DNA of 42,774 nucleotides from NCBI GenBank assembly GCA_945861645.1, contig CAMAVZ010000017.1, forward strand, positions 1 to 42,774. Direction: 5' to 3'. A program made the position numbers and the translations under genes. Below, in pieces: positions 26,092 through 35,752 of this stretch. The notes under the pieces are model-generated. The model worked only from the letters and a program-made list of their open reading frames with translations, was not told where the DNA came from and ran no database searches. Within the stretch, counting starts at the first letter, position 1; each line of letters opens with the position of its first letter. This DNA comes from Opitutus sp. GAS368 (lineage in GTDB: Bacteria; Verrucomicrobiota; Verrucomicrobiia; Opitutales; Opitutaceae).

Positions 26092-27363
26092 ATGGCTATT
26101 CCCTCCGTCCTCGATTTGAAGATCGTAAAAAAATCAACGCAGAGCCTCGTCGAAGCCGAGATCTCCCGTACTGGCGGCTTACTTCGGTTGGCTCCCGCTT
26201 GGGTGCCCCGCTCATTCCTGCAACCGGGATTGCGAATTAAACTTCATCCAGACGATACCTACGCCTACGGACTCAATCGAGGAGGGATCGATGAGCGCTG
26301 GTTCGCCTCCACGACTGTTACCGCCAATGAAGGCCGGGCCGCTGACGAGGGGCTCAGCTACGTGGTGATGGGCAAAGAACGCCTCACCCTCGCCCAAGCC
26401 GTCGCCGACACCGGCGCGACCCTCGTGGGCAAAGCCATTTGGAAAAAATACAGCAAATGGCCCGTCTACTCGAAATTTTTCGACAACATGGGGCCCATTC
26501 CGCACCACATGCACCAGAATGCCGCTCAGGCAAAACTCGTCGGCCAAGAGGGCAAGCCCGAGTCCTATTATTTCCCCCCGCAGCACAATAACGTAGGCAA
26601 CAATTTCCCCTACACCTTCATGGGCCTCGAGCCCGGCACCACCAAAGCGCAGGTGCGGGCCTGCATCGCCAAATGGAACCAAGGTGATAACGGCATCCTC
26701 GATCTCTCCAAAGCCTACCGCCTAAAGCCGGGCACGGGCTGGCTGATTGATCCGTGCATCCTCCACGCGCCCGGCTCGCTCTGCACCTACGAACCGCAAT
26801 GGGGCAGCGATGTCTTTGGCATGTATCAAAATCTCGTCGAGGGCCGCGAGGTCCCTTGGTCTCTGCTCGTCAAAGATGTCCCCAAAGCCAAACACCAAGA
26901 CATCGATTACATTGTCGATCAGCTCGATTGGGATAAAAACGTCGACCCCAACTTCAAGGACAACCACTACCTGGAACCGGTCCCCGTCGCTGACACCCGC
27001 CGCGAGGGTTACGTGGATCGCTGGATCGTTTACGGCAAAGTTGACGGCGAGCAGCGTTTTACCGCCAAGGAAATCACGATCGACCCGGGCACCAAGTGCA
27101 CCGTCAAAGATACCGGCGCCTATGGGCTCATCTGTGTGCAGGGTTCAGGCAAGATTAACGGCGAACCCCTCGTGAGCCCCAAGTTGATTCGCTTTCACGA
27201 ACTCACCGAGGATGAATATTTCTGTACGGAAGACGGCGCCAAGGCGGGCGTCACTTTTGAAAACACCAGCAGCACCGAACCGCTGGTTTGCCTGCGCTAC
27301 TTCGGTCCGGAAGTAAATCCCACCGCGCCTAAAATGGGTGCCTATCGCCAGAACAAATTCTGA
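26092..27363 (+). CDS. Cupin protein related to class I mannose-6-phosphate isomerase
   Basis: ERWFAST, SKFFD...PHHMHQ, GKPESYY, LHAPG...EPQ..SD follow PMI motif order. Confidence 0.65.
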   Translation: MAIPSVLDLKIVKKSTQSLVEAEISRTGGLLRLAPAWVPRSFLQPGLRIKLHPDDTYAYGLNRGGIDERWFASTTVTANEGRAADEGLSYVVMGKERLTLAQAVADTGATLVGKAIWKKYSKWPVYSKFFDNMGPIPHHMHQNAAQAKLVGQEGKPESYYFPPQHNNVGNNFPYTFMGLEPGTTKAQVRACIAKWNQGDNGILDLSKAYRLKPGTGWLIDPCILHAPGSLCTYEPQWGSDVFGMYQNLVEGREVPWSLLVKDVPKAKHQDIDYIVDQLDWDKNVDPNFKDNHYLEPVPVADTRREGYVDRWIVYGKVDGEQRFTAKEITIDPGTKCTVKDTGAYGLICVQGSGKINGEPLVSPKLIRFHELTEDEYFCTEDGAKAGVTFENTSSTEPLVCLRYFGPEVNPTAPKMGAYRQNKF

Positions 27364-27400
27364 TCTCTCCCCTTATCTTCACCTCAACCCCCTATTACCG

Positions 27401-28438
27401 ATGTCTGACCATAACTTCCCCAAACTCCACAACGCGGCTTGGCCCGGCCTCGTCGGCAAAGGCAGCCCTGGCGCAGAACCGTTCATCTCCCTCGACACGA
27501 TGCTTGAGCTTACGGCCCAAGCGGAGGTTGGCGGGGTGAAATTCGACGGCATTGATCTCTTTCTCTATAATCCGCACACGGACATCGATATTTCAGACGA
27601 TGGCATCAAAGCCCTCGCCGCTAAAATCAAGGCCAAGGGATTAGTCGTCGGCTCTGTTGTCGCCCCCGTGTGGTTCGACGCCGCCGCGGGTGGTGACGCC
27701 ACCGCCCGCGCGAATTGGGTTAGTCATGTCCGCAAAGCGATTCGCATTGCGCAAAAACTGCGCGAACTCGGTGTGCGGCCTTATGGCATCGTGCGCATCG
27801 ACAGCGCGACCAGCGTCAAGACGTGGGACGCCGATCCTAAGGGCGTTACCAAACTCATCGCGCAATCATTTCGTGAAGCGGGCAAAATCGCCAAAGACGC
27901 CGGCGAGCGCTTGGCGGCCGAAGGCGAGATTTGCTGGGGTGGCATGCACAGCTGGAAGAACATGGTGAACCTCCTCGAGGCGGTGAACATGCCAAAAGTT
28001 GTCGGCTTCCAAGCCGATATGTCGCATACGCTGCTCTACACCCTCGGCGAAAATGCTGAAGCCCACCGCATCGTGCCGAAAAATTTCCACTGGGAACCAG
28101 CCGAATTCCACCAGGCGATGGTCAAGCTCACCGCGGCTTTGCGTCCCTGGACAATCGATTTTCACGTCGCGCAGAACGATGGCACCGTTTTTGGCTCAGG
28201 TTCCCACGAAAAGACCGGCCGCCACTGCCTCGCGACCGATCCCAAGGGTAAATTAAATATCCCACGCGACTCCGGCTATTGGCTCCGCGACGCCCAAGGT
28301 AAAGTAACCAAGAAAATTAAACACCTCTGCTGGGATGGTTGCATGTTCCCCAATGAAGTGATGCTGAAGCAGCAGACGTGGAATGACATTCTCGCCGCGA
28401 TGATCGAGGTGCGGAAAAATCACGGCTGGGTCGGCTAA
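27401..28438 (+). CDS. Xylose-isomerase-like TIM barrel (AP_endonuc_2) sugar isomerase/epimerase/lyase
   Basis: FDGIDL, metal ligands [28 protein letters not shown] 27401. Confidence 0.8.
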   Translation: MSDHNFPKLHNAAWPGLVGKGSPGAEPFISLDTMLELTAQAEVGGVKFDGIDLFLYNPHTDIDISDDGIKALAAKIKAKGLVVGSVVAPVWFDAAAGGDATARANWVSHVRKAIRIAQKLRELGVRPYGIVRIDSATSVKTWDADPKGVTKLIAQSFREAGKIAKDAGERLAAEGEICWGGMHSWKNMVNLLEAVNMPKVVGFQADMSHTLLYTLGENAEAHRIVPKNFHWEPAEFHQAMVKLTAALRPWTIDFHVAQNDGTVFGSGSHEKTGRHCLATDPKGKLNIPRDSGYWLRDAQGKVTKKIKHLCWDGCMFPNEVMLKQQTWNDILAAMIEVRKNHGWVG

Positions 28439-28566
28439 GGCCAGCGGGGGCGGGACTAAGCGCTCGCTAACTACCCGGTGTGGTTAGCCGGCTTCAGGCT
28501 AATTCCCCTCCCCCACGGCGCTCGTTTTATTTAATCTCTACTCACGGTTCTTTTACTTCTCCTCTT

Positions 28567-29706
28567 ATGAAATCACTCAACATTGGTCTGATCGGCTACG
28601 GCTTTATGGGTCGCGCGCACTCCAACGCTTTCCGCAAAGTTCGTAATTTCTTTCCCGGAAAAATTCAGCCGGTCCTTAAAGCCGTGTGCGGCCGCGATGG
28701 CGTCAAAGCCGCCGAGTTTGCCACCAACTGGGGCTACGAGTCCGTGGAAACCGACTGGCGCGCCCTCATCGCGCGCAAAGATATCGACCTCATCGACATC
28801 GCCGCCCCCAACAACGTTCACTCCGAAATCGCCCTCGCCGCGGCTAAAGCGGGCAAGATGATTCTGTGTGAAAAGCCTCTGGCCATGAATCCCGCCGAGG
28901 CACTCGCCATGACCAAGGCGGTCGAGAAGGCCAAAATTGCTAATATGGTCTGGTATAACTATCGCCGGATTCCGGCCGTCACGCTGGCCAAACAACTGAT
29001 CGATGAAGGCCGCCTGGGGAAAATTTTCCACTACCGCGCTAAATTTCTGCAAGATTGGACGATCAATGCCGACGTCCCCCAAGGCGGGCCCGGCACTTGG
29101 CGCCTCGACGCCTCCGTCGCCGGCAGCGGCGTCACCGGTGATCTGCTCGCGCACTGTATTGATACCGCCCTGTGGCTCAACGGCGGGATCGATTCCGTCA
29201 CCGCCATGACGGAGACCTTCGTCAAAGAGCGCCAACACTCGCTCACGGGCAAAAAGCAGAAGGTCCTCATCGACGATGCCTCCGCCTTTTTGGCGCGCTT
29301 CAGCAACGGCTCCCTCGCCACGTTTGAGTCCACCCGCTATGCGCGCGGTCACAAGGCGCTCTACACCTTCGAAATTAATGGCGAGAACGGTTCCATTTTC
29401 TGGGACCTCCATGATTTACACCGCCTCCAATGGTTTGATCATAAGGACGGTGGCCTCACCCGCGGCTGGCGGAGCATTCACGTCACCGATGGCGACCAGC
29501 CTTATATGAAAAATTGGTGGGTGCCGGGTCTCGCCATCGGTTACGAGCACAGCTTCGTGCACCAAATCGCCGATTTTCTGCAAGGCGTGGAGTCGGGCCG
29601 GCCGGCGGCCCCCACCTTCCGCGATGGTCTCGCCACTGACTACGTCACTGATGCCGTCCTTAAATCAGCCGCCTCCGGTCGCTGGACCAATGTAAAAAAA
29701 GCCTAA
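28567..29706 (+). CDS. Gfo/Idh/MocA oxidoreductase, levoglucosan-dehydrogenase-like subgroup
   Basis: [37 protein letters not shown]...[26 protein letters not shown] 28567. Confidence 0.9.
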   Translation: MKSLNIGLIGYGFMGRAHSNAFRKVRNFFPGKIQPVLKAVCGRDGVKAAEFATNWGYESVETDWRALIARKDIDLIDIAAPNNVHSEIALAAAKAGKMILCEKPLAMNPAEALAMTKAVEKAKIANMVWYNYRRIPAVTLAKQLIDEGRLGKIFHYRAKFLQDWTINADVPQGGPGTWRLDASVAGSGVTGDLLAHCIDTALWLNGGIDSVTAMTETFVKERQHSLTGKKQKVLIDDASAFLARFSNGSLATFESTRYARGHKALYTFEINGENGSIFWDLHDLHRLQWFDHKDGGLTRGWRSIHVTDGDQPYMKNWWVPGLAIGYEHSFVHQIADFLQGVESGRPAAPTFRDGLATDYVTDAVLKSAASGRWTNVKKA

Positions 29707-29816
29707 CTTAGCTTTGTTGAAATCTACCCAGCAGGCCGCGGCCATTAACCTGACCGCGGTCATCGGCCGGCTCCCCTCCGCTTCGCCCTACTCGCTTACC
29801 ACCGCCTTTAACTCCC

Positions 29817-30674
29817 ATGCCTAAACTCAGCTTCAATCTCCTCGCTTGGACCGCCTCCATCTCCGACGAGTTTTTTCCGTACATCGAACGTCTTAAAAAA
29901 ATCGGCTATGACGGCATTGAGATCTGCAACGGCCAACAAGAACCCGCGGCGTACAAGCGGCTGAAAAAATTGCTCACGGATCTCAACCTCGGCGTGACAT
30001 GCGTCACCATTCTCGGGGCCGACGCTAATCCCGCCAGCCCCGACGCGGCAATCCGCGCCAAAGGCCTCGACTTGCTCAAGTGGAATATCGACCGCAGCGT
30101 GGATTGCGGGTCCAGCCTACTGTGCGGGCCATTTCACTCAGCCTTTGCGACGTTCACGCGGACCGATATTCACCCTGATGAATACCAGCGCAGCGCAGAC
30201 ACCCTGCGCGCCGCTGGCGACTACGCTCAGCAGGCAGGCGTCACGCTCTGCCCGGAAGCACTCAACCGGTTTGAGTGTTATCTGTGCAATACCATGGCCC
30301 AACTGCGCATGTTAGTTGAACTAACCGATCATCCCAACGTGCGCGGGATGTATGATACGCACCACGCCAACATGGAGGAGAAAACTTTCCCTGATGCCAT
30401 CCGCACCATCGCGCCGGTCCTCAAGCATGTTCACCTCAGCGAGAACGACCGCGGCACCCCTGGCTCTGGGCATATTAATTTCCGAGAAAATCTCATCGCC
30501 CTGCGCGAAGTCGGCTATGACGGCTGGATGGCGATCGAAGCCTTTAGTCGCTCCGATCCAGCCTTTGCCAACGCGATTAACGTCTGGCGCGAGTACTCGC
30601 CGGCTTGGGACATCGCCGAATCTGGCCACACTTTTCTCCGTCGTGAAATTGCCGCGGCCGGCTACCGCGCATGA
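29817..30674 (+). CDS. Ketose 3-epimerase family (D-psicose/D-tagatose 3-epimerase-like) TIM barrel
   Basis: GYDGIE, PEALNRFECY, YDTHHAN.EE, HVHLSENDRGTPGSG, IEAF. Confidence 0.88.
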   Translation: MPKLSFNLLAWTASISDEFFPYIERLKKIGYDGIEICNGQQEPAAYKRLKKLLTDLNLGVTCVTILGADANPASPDAAIRAKGLDLLKWNIDRSVDCGSSLLCGPFHSAFATFTRTDIHPDEYQRSADTLRAAGDYAQQAGVTLCPEALNRFECYLCNTMAQLRMLVELTDHPNVRGMYDTHHANMEEKTFPDAIRTIAPVLKHVHLSENDRGTPGSGHINFRENLIALREVGYDGWMAIEAFSRSDPAFANAINVWREYSPAWDIAESGHTFLRREIAAAGYRA

Positions 30675-33600
30675 GTAAGCTCCATTTTTCGCTTCGTCTT
30701 TTACTGCCGCTCCTCGCCGCAGTGACCATGAGCGGGACTGATCCTGCTCGACTCGTGCTAACGCCACCGCCGGGCTCGCCCGCGAACGGCAAACACGTCG
30801 TTCTCCTATCCGGCGATGAAGAATATCGCAGCGAAGAAGCGCTGCCCATGTTGGCGAAAATCTTGAGCCAACGCCACGGCTTCAAGACCACGGTGCTCTT
30901 CGCCCTTGATGCTGACGGCACAATCAACCCCACTCAGGTGCAATCACTCCCCGGCGCCGAAGCCCTCGATACGGCTGATGTGATCATTATGTCCCTGCGC
31001 TTCCGCGCCTGGCCGGATGAGGCAATGAAGCATTTCGATGCCGCGCACCGCCGGGGCGTCCCCATTATTGCCCTCCGCACCTCCACCCACGCCTTTAATT
31101 TTCCGGCCGGCAGTTCGTGGTCCAATTATACTTGGAATAATAAAACCACCCATCCGGGCGGCTTCGGCAAACGTGTCTTGGGCGAGACCTGGGTTAGCCA
31201 CTGGGGTAAACATAAATTTGAAGCCACGCGGGGTGTCCTCGAACCCGCTGCCACCACCGATGCATTGTTTAATAGTGTGACCGAGCTTTTCGGCACGACC
31301 GATGTCTATGAGGCCGCCCCACCGGCTGACGCCAAAATTCTTGCGCGGGGACTCGTGCTCCAAGGGATGCGGCCCACCGACGCTCCCGCGACTTACCGCA
31401 AAACAACCGCCGCTAAAATCGAACAAGCCGTCAACGCCCCTGCGATGCCCATCGTCTGGACGCGAAATTATTTAACGAGCAGCGGGGCATCAGCTAAAAT
31501 CTTCACCACCACACTCGGTGCCGCCACTGATTTTGAACAAGCGTCGCTCCGGCGGCTGATTGTTAATGCTACCTACTGGGCCGCGGAACTGGCGGTGCCC
31601 GCCAAAGCCGACGTCACCCCCTTTGATAACTACGCCCCGCGCCCTTACGGTTTTGCTGGATATCGCACGGGTCTCACTCCCGCTGATCACGCCTTGGGTA
31701 GAATTTTGCCTTCGGGCGGCACGGTTCCCTCGGCGCCCCCCCGAGCGACCCCGACCGCCATCAATACCCCAATCACGCTCAACCTAGGGGCCCGCATTGC
31801 CTTTATTGGTAACGGTCTCGCTGATCGCATGCAGCACGCGGGCGCCCTCGAGACGTTGATCCATGCCAAGTACCCAAAGCATGAATTGGTTTTTCGTAAC
31901 CTAGCGGTCACCGGAGATGAACTCGTCGCCCGCGCCCGGTCCAAAGATTTTGGCACCCCCGATGAATGGCTCAGCCGCACGGGCACCGATGTGATTTTTG
32001 CTTTTTTTGGCTTCAATGAATCTTTCGCGGGGCCCGCTGGCTTACCTAAATTCAAAGCTGATCTGGCCGCTTTTCTCAGTGCAACGCGCAGCAAAAACTA
32101 TGGCACCCACGGCGCCCCCCACATCGTGCTCTTCTCGCCGATCGCCAACGAAAATTTATCCGATCGCAATTACGCGATCCCCGCGGACAACAATCGCAAC
32201 CTCGCGCTTTATGCGGCCGCCATGGCGGAGGTCGCGCGCGACCGAGCTGGCGTGACATTTATCGATCTCTTTGCGCCCTCGCAGAAACTTTACGCGGAAG
32301 CGGCGGCGCAAGGTCGAGCGCTGACTTTTAACGGCCTCCATCTGACCGCCGCGGGGGACGCGGCGCTGGCGCCCGTGATTTTTAAAACCCTCTTCGGTGA
32401 GTCCGCTCCCGTTGGTAATTTCACCGCGCTCCAAACTGCGGTGACGGCTAAAAATCAAGAGTGGCATGCGCGCTATCGGACGATGGATGGATTCAATGTT
32501 TACGGTGATCGCTCCAAATTGGCCTATGAATCTGCGAAGGATAAACCTAAGCTGACTAATAATCAGATTATGCAGGAAGAAATGGCGCAACGCGATGTGC
32601 TGACTGCAAATCGCGATCGCCAGCTTTGGGCGCTGGCGCGGGGTGAAACCACTCCACCGGAAGTTATCCCACTGCCGCCAGTCACGCCTTTTGGTACAAA
32701 TAAACCCGGTCCAAACCCCGACGGCACTTACGATTTCCTCAGCGCGGATGAAGCGCTCACCAAAATGACTTTGGCGCCCGGCGTGAAAGTAAATGTTTTC
32801 GCCAGCGAAAAAGAATTCCCAGAATTGGCCAATGCGGTGCAAATGGCGTGGGACCCGCAAGGCCGGCTTTGGGTCTCAGTCTGGCCTAATTATCCTGAAC
32901 GCACGCCAACGTCTACTCTCGGGGACAGTATTATTATCCTCGAAGATACCAATCACGATGGTCGCGCAGATAAATGCATTCATTTTCTCGACAACTTAAA
33001 TTGTCCGACGGGGTTTCAATTTTACAAAGATGGCCTCCTCGTAATGCAGGCGCCGGATCTCTGGTTTGCCCGCGATACAGATGGGGACGGCAAAGCGGAC
33101 ACCAAGGAGCGCGTCCTGATGGGCCTCGACTCCGCCGACTCCCACCACACGGCCAACTCACTCGTTTACGAGCCCGGGGGCGCGATTCTCTTAAGCGACG
33201 GCGTCTTTCACCGTTCGCAGATCGAGACCGCCCTCGGACCCGTGCGCAACATCGACGGAGCCATCTACCGCTTTGAGCCGCGCACCGGGAAATTCGAGAC
33301 TTACGCCTCATATAATTTCATGAACCCGCATGGCCGCGCCTTCGACTATTGGGGCAATGATTTTATCACCGACGCCACCGGCAACCACACTTATTTCGGC
33401 GCCGCCATCAGCGGGAAGATCGATTATCCGAAAAAACATCCCAAATTAAAAACGATCTGGGACCGGCCTTCTCGGCCTTCGGCTGGGAGTAGCATCATCA
33501 CTAGCACGCATTTCCCGCCGGAGTATTGGGGGAATTATCTCAATCCCAATGTCATTGGCTTTCAGGGTATCTATCGGCTAAAACTCGTCGACGACGGAGC

Positions 33601-35752
33601 GGGGATCAAAGGCGAACGTCAACCCGATCTGATGTCGTCGAGTGATCGAGATTTCCGGCCAATCGATACCTCCGTGGGCCCCGATGGCGCGATCTACGTT
33701 ATCGATTGGTGCACGCCTCTGATCGGCCATCTCCAGAGCCACCTGCGCGACTCCAACCGTGACCACGTCCACGGCCGCATCTATCGCCTCACCTATGAAG
33801 GTCGCCCGCTGGCCACTCCGCCCGCCATTGCTGGTCAACCCATTCCGGCATTGCTGAAACTTCTCGAGCGCCCCGAGAATCAAATCCGCAACTTAGCTAA
33901 AATTGAACTTGGCCGTCACGACACAGCGAAAGTTATCGCGGCGGCGAAAGTTTGGCTCGCTGCACTTGATCTCGCGACGCCGGACTACGCCCATCACCTC
34001 ACCGAAGCGCTCTGGCTCCACCAGTGGCACAATGTCGTCGATGAGGATTTGCTAAAACGGGTCTTGAATTCCCCCAACGCCGATGCTCGGGCCGCGGCCG
34101 TTCGCGTGCTCAGTTACTGGCGCGACCGCTTGCCCACCGCGCTCACATTGCTCCAAAACAAAGCCACCGATGAAAATGCTCGCGTGCGGCTGCACGCGGT
34201 TCGGGCCGCTAGCTTTTTCTCCGAAACTGGCGCCACCGAAATCGCCCTCGCCGCGACTAAATTACCCATCGATTATTATCTCGATTACACCATCGGCGAA
34301 ACGCTCCGCCAACTGCGGCCTTTATGGGCCAAAAATATCAGCGAGGGTACCGCCATCGCCGGCGGTGATCCAGCTAGCTTTCGTTACCTGCTCCGCACCT
34401 TGGCCGTAGCCGATCTCCTTAAATTACCGCGCACCGTCGACGTGCAGGAAAATATCTTAGGTCGTAAAGGGATCAACGATACCGTGCGCGCCGAAGCTCT
34501 GGCCGCCGTGGCCGCGGCTCGTCAGATCGATCGCGTGGCACTGCTGCTCACCACCATTGATTCACCAGCCGAGATCGATGTTAAAAGCGTCGGCCGCCTC
34601 CTCCTTGCTCAACCGGCCGCTGACCTCCGCGCCCAACGACCCGCCATTCATGCATTGGCCCTGACCGACAACGCGGAGGGCCGCTCCTTCGCTTGGGCAG
34701 CGCTAGCCCTCGCCGACGGTTCGCTCACGGCTCTTTGGACTGAAGCCCTCAAATCTCCGCTGACCGAGGCCAGTTTTCTCGGCGGACTTTCCTTAATCCC
34801 CGATGCCGCCCTTCGCGCGACCGCCTATGAAATCGTGATGCCAATCTTAGCGACCAAAGTGGCCGATCTTCCGGGACCGCCCGCCACGGTCGCGGCGATC
34901 CAGCGCGAGGCGATTCGAACGGCGGTCAGCACACGGCGCGAACCCACGGCGGTGTTCAACGCACTCGCCGACCTGATTGCGCGCGGCGATCAAATCCCCG
35001 CGGCGGCCCAAGGACTCCGCGTCCTACCCCGCGCCAGTTGGCCGGCGGACAGCGCCGCCGCCACCGCCCGCATCCTCGTAGCGTGGGCCGCGAACACCCA
35101 CCCGAGCGAACGCACCGAGCGCGACATTTTTGGCCACTTGCGGCGCGACTACAGCGAAACCGTGCAAGTCGCCGATGATCTGCTGGGAACTCTGCCAGCC
35201 GCTGAAGCCGAATCGCTCCGCGCCACTCTGGCCGGCTTGCGCGTGGCAGTTTTCACTGTCACCACCGTGCCCGAAGAGATGCGTTTTGATACCGCGCGCC
35301 TCGTCGTTGAAGCGGGCAAACCGTTCGAAATTATTTTCGAAAATATCGATGGCCTCCCCCATAATTTAGTCGTGGTTAAACCCGGCTCACGCGAACGCGT
35401 CGGGCTGGCGGCGATGACGCTGCTGCCGGAACAACTGGATTGGAATGGCCGAGCCTACGTTCCCGATTTTGACGATGTAATCGCGGCCACCAAAATCCTC
35501 GAGACGGATCAACTGGCGACGCTTAAAATTTCGGCGCTAACGAGCGAAGGGATCTACGAATTCGTCTGCACCTTCCCCGGCCATTGGGCGATGATGTATG
35601 GCCAATTGGTTGTAACTAAAAATGTTTCAGCGTATCTCAAGGATCACCCCTTGCCGCCCAAACAGCCGTTGGTGACAACGATCGAACTTTGCGATCCCCG
35701 CCTTAATCAAGCGCTGGCGAGCACATCCGGCAACTCGCGCCTCACCCCATGA
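30671..35752 (+). CDS. Giant secreted PVC-type protein: ThuA-like + SGNH-like + sugar-dehydrogenase-like beta-propeller + HEAT repeats + C-terminal azurin/auracyanin-like cupredoxin
   Basis: Signal peptide; GDEEYRSEE, RTSTHAF (ThuA-like); FIGNG..R, NGLHL (SGNH fold); FASE.EFPELAN.VQMAWD, DSHH, FRPID...GPDGAIYVIDW, GRIYR; PHN...YEFVCTFPGHWAMM type 1 Cu ligands. Confidence 0.85.
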   Translation: MSKLHFSLRLLLPLLAAVTMSGTDPARLVLTPPPGSPANGKHVVLLSGDEEYRSEEALPMLAKILSQRHGFKTTVLFALDADGTINPTQVQSLPGAEALDTADVIIMSLRFRAWPDEAMKHFDAAHRRGVPIIALRTSTHAFNFPAGSSWSNYTWNNKTTHPGGFGKRVLGETWVSHWGKHKFEATRGVLEPAATTDALFNSVTELFGTTDVYEAAPPADAKILARGLVLQGMRPTDAPATYRKTTAAKIEQAVNAPAMPIVWTRNYLTSSGASAKIFTTTLGAATDFEQASLRRLIVNATYWAAELAVPAKADVTPFDNYAPRPYGFAGYRTGLTPADHALGRILPSGGTVPSAPPRATPTAINTPITLNLGARIAFIGNGLADRMQHAGALETLIHAKYPKHELVFRNLAVTGDELVARARSKDFGTPDEWLSRTGTDVIFAFFGFNESFAGPAGLPKFKADLAAFLSATRSKNYGTHGAPHIVLFSPIANENLSDRNYAIPADNNRNLALYAAAMAEVARDRAGVTFIDLFAPSQKLYAEAAAQGRALTFNGLHLTAAGDAALAPVIFKTLFGESAPVGNFTALQTAVTAKNQEWHARYRTMDGFNVYGDRSKLAYESAKDKPKLTNNQIMQEEMAQRDVLTANRDRQLWALARGETTPPEVIPLPPVTPFGTNKPGPNPDGTYDFLSADEALTKMTLAPGVKVNVFASEKEFPELANAVQMAWDPQGRLWVSVWPNYPERTPTSTLGDSIIILEDTNHDGRADKCIHFLDNLNCPTGFQFYKDGLLVMQAPDLWFARDTDGDGKADTKERVLMGLDSADSHHTANSLVYEPGGAILLSDGVFHRSQIETALGPVRNIDGAIYRFEPRTGKFETYASYNFMNPHGRAFDYWGNDFITDATGNHTYFGAAISGKIDYPKKHPKLKTIWDRPSRPSAGSSIITSTHFPPEYWGNYLNPNVIGFQGIYRLKLVDDGAGIKGERQPDLMSSSDRDFRPIDTSVGPDGAIYVIDWCTPLIGHLQSHLRDSNRDHVHGRIYRLTYEGRPLATPPAIAGQPIPALLKLLERPENQIRNLAKIELGRHDTAKVIAAAKVWLAALDLATPDYAHHLTEALWLHQWHNVVDEDLLKRVLNSPNADARAAAVRVLSYWRDRLPTALTLLQNKATDENARVRLHAVRAASFFSETGATEIALAATKLPIDYYLDYTIGETLRQLRPLWAKNISEGTAIAGGDPASFRYLLRTLAVADLLKLPRTVDVQENILGRKGINDTVRAEALAAVAAARQIDRVALLLTTIDSPAEIDVKSVGRLLLAQPAADLRAQRPAIHALALTDNAEGRSFAWAALALADGSLTALWTEALKSPLTEASFLGGLSLIPDAALRATAYEIVMPILATKVADLPGPPATVAAIQREAIRTAVSTRREPTAVFNALADLIARGDQIPAAAQGLRVLPRASWPADSAAATARILVAWAANTHPSERTERDIFGHLRRDYSETVQVADDLLGTLPAAEAESLRATLAGLRVAVFTVTTVPEEMRFDTARLVVEAGKPFEIIFENIDGLPHNLVVVKPGSRERVGLAAMTLLPEQLDWNGRAYVPDFDDVIAATKILETDQLATLKISALTSEGIYEFVCTFPGHWAMMYGQLVVTKNVSAYLKDHPLPPKQPLVTTIELCDPRLNQALASTSGNSRLTP

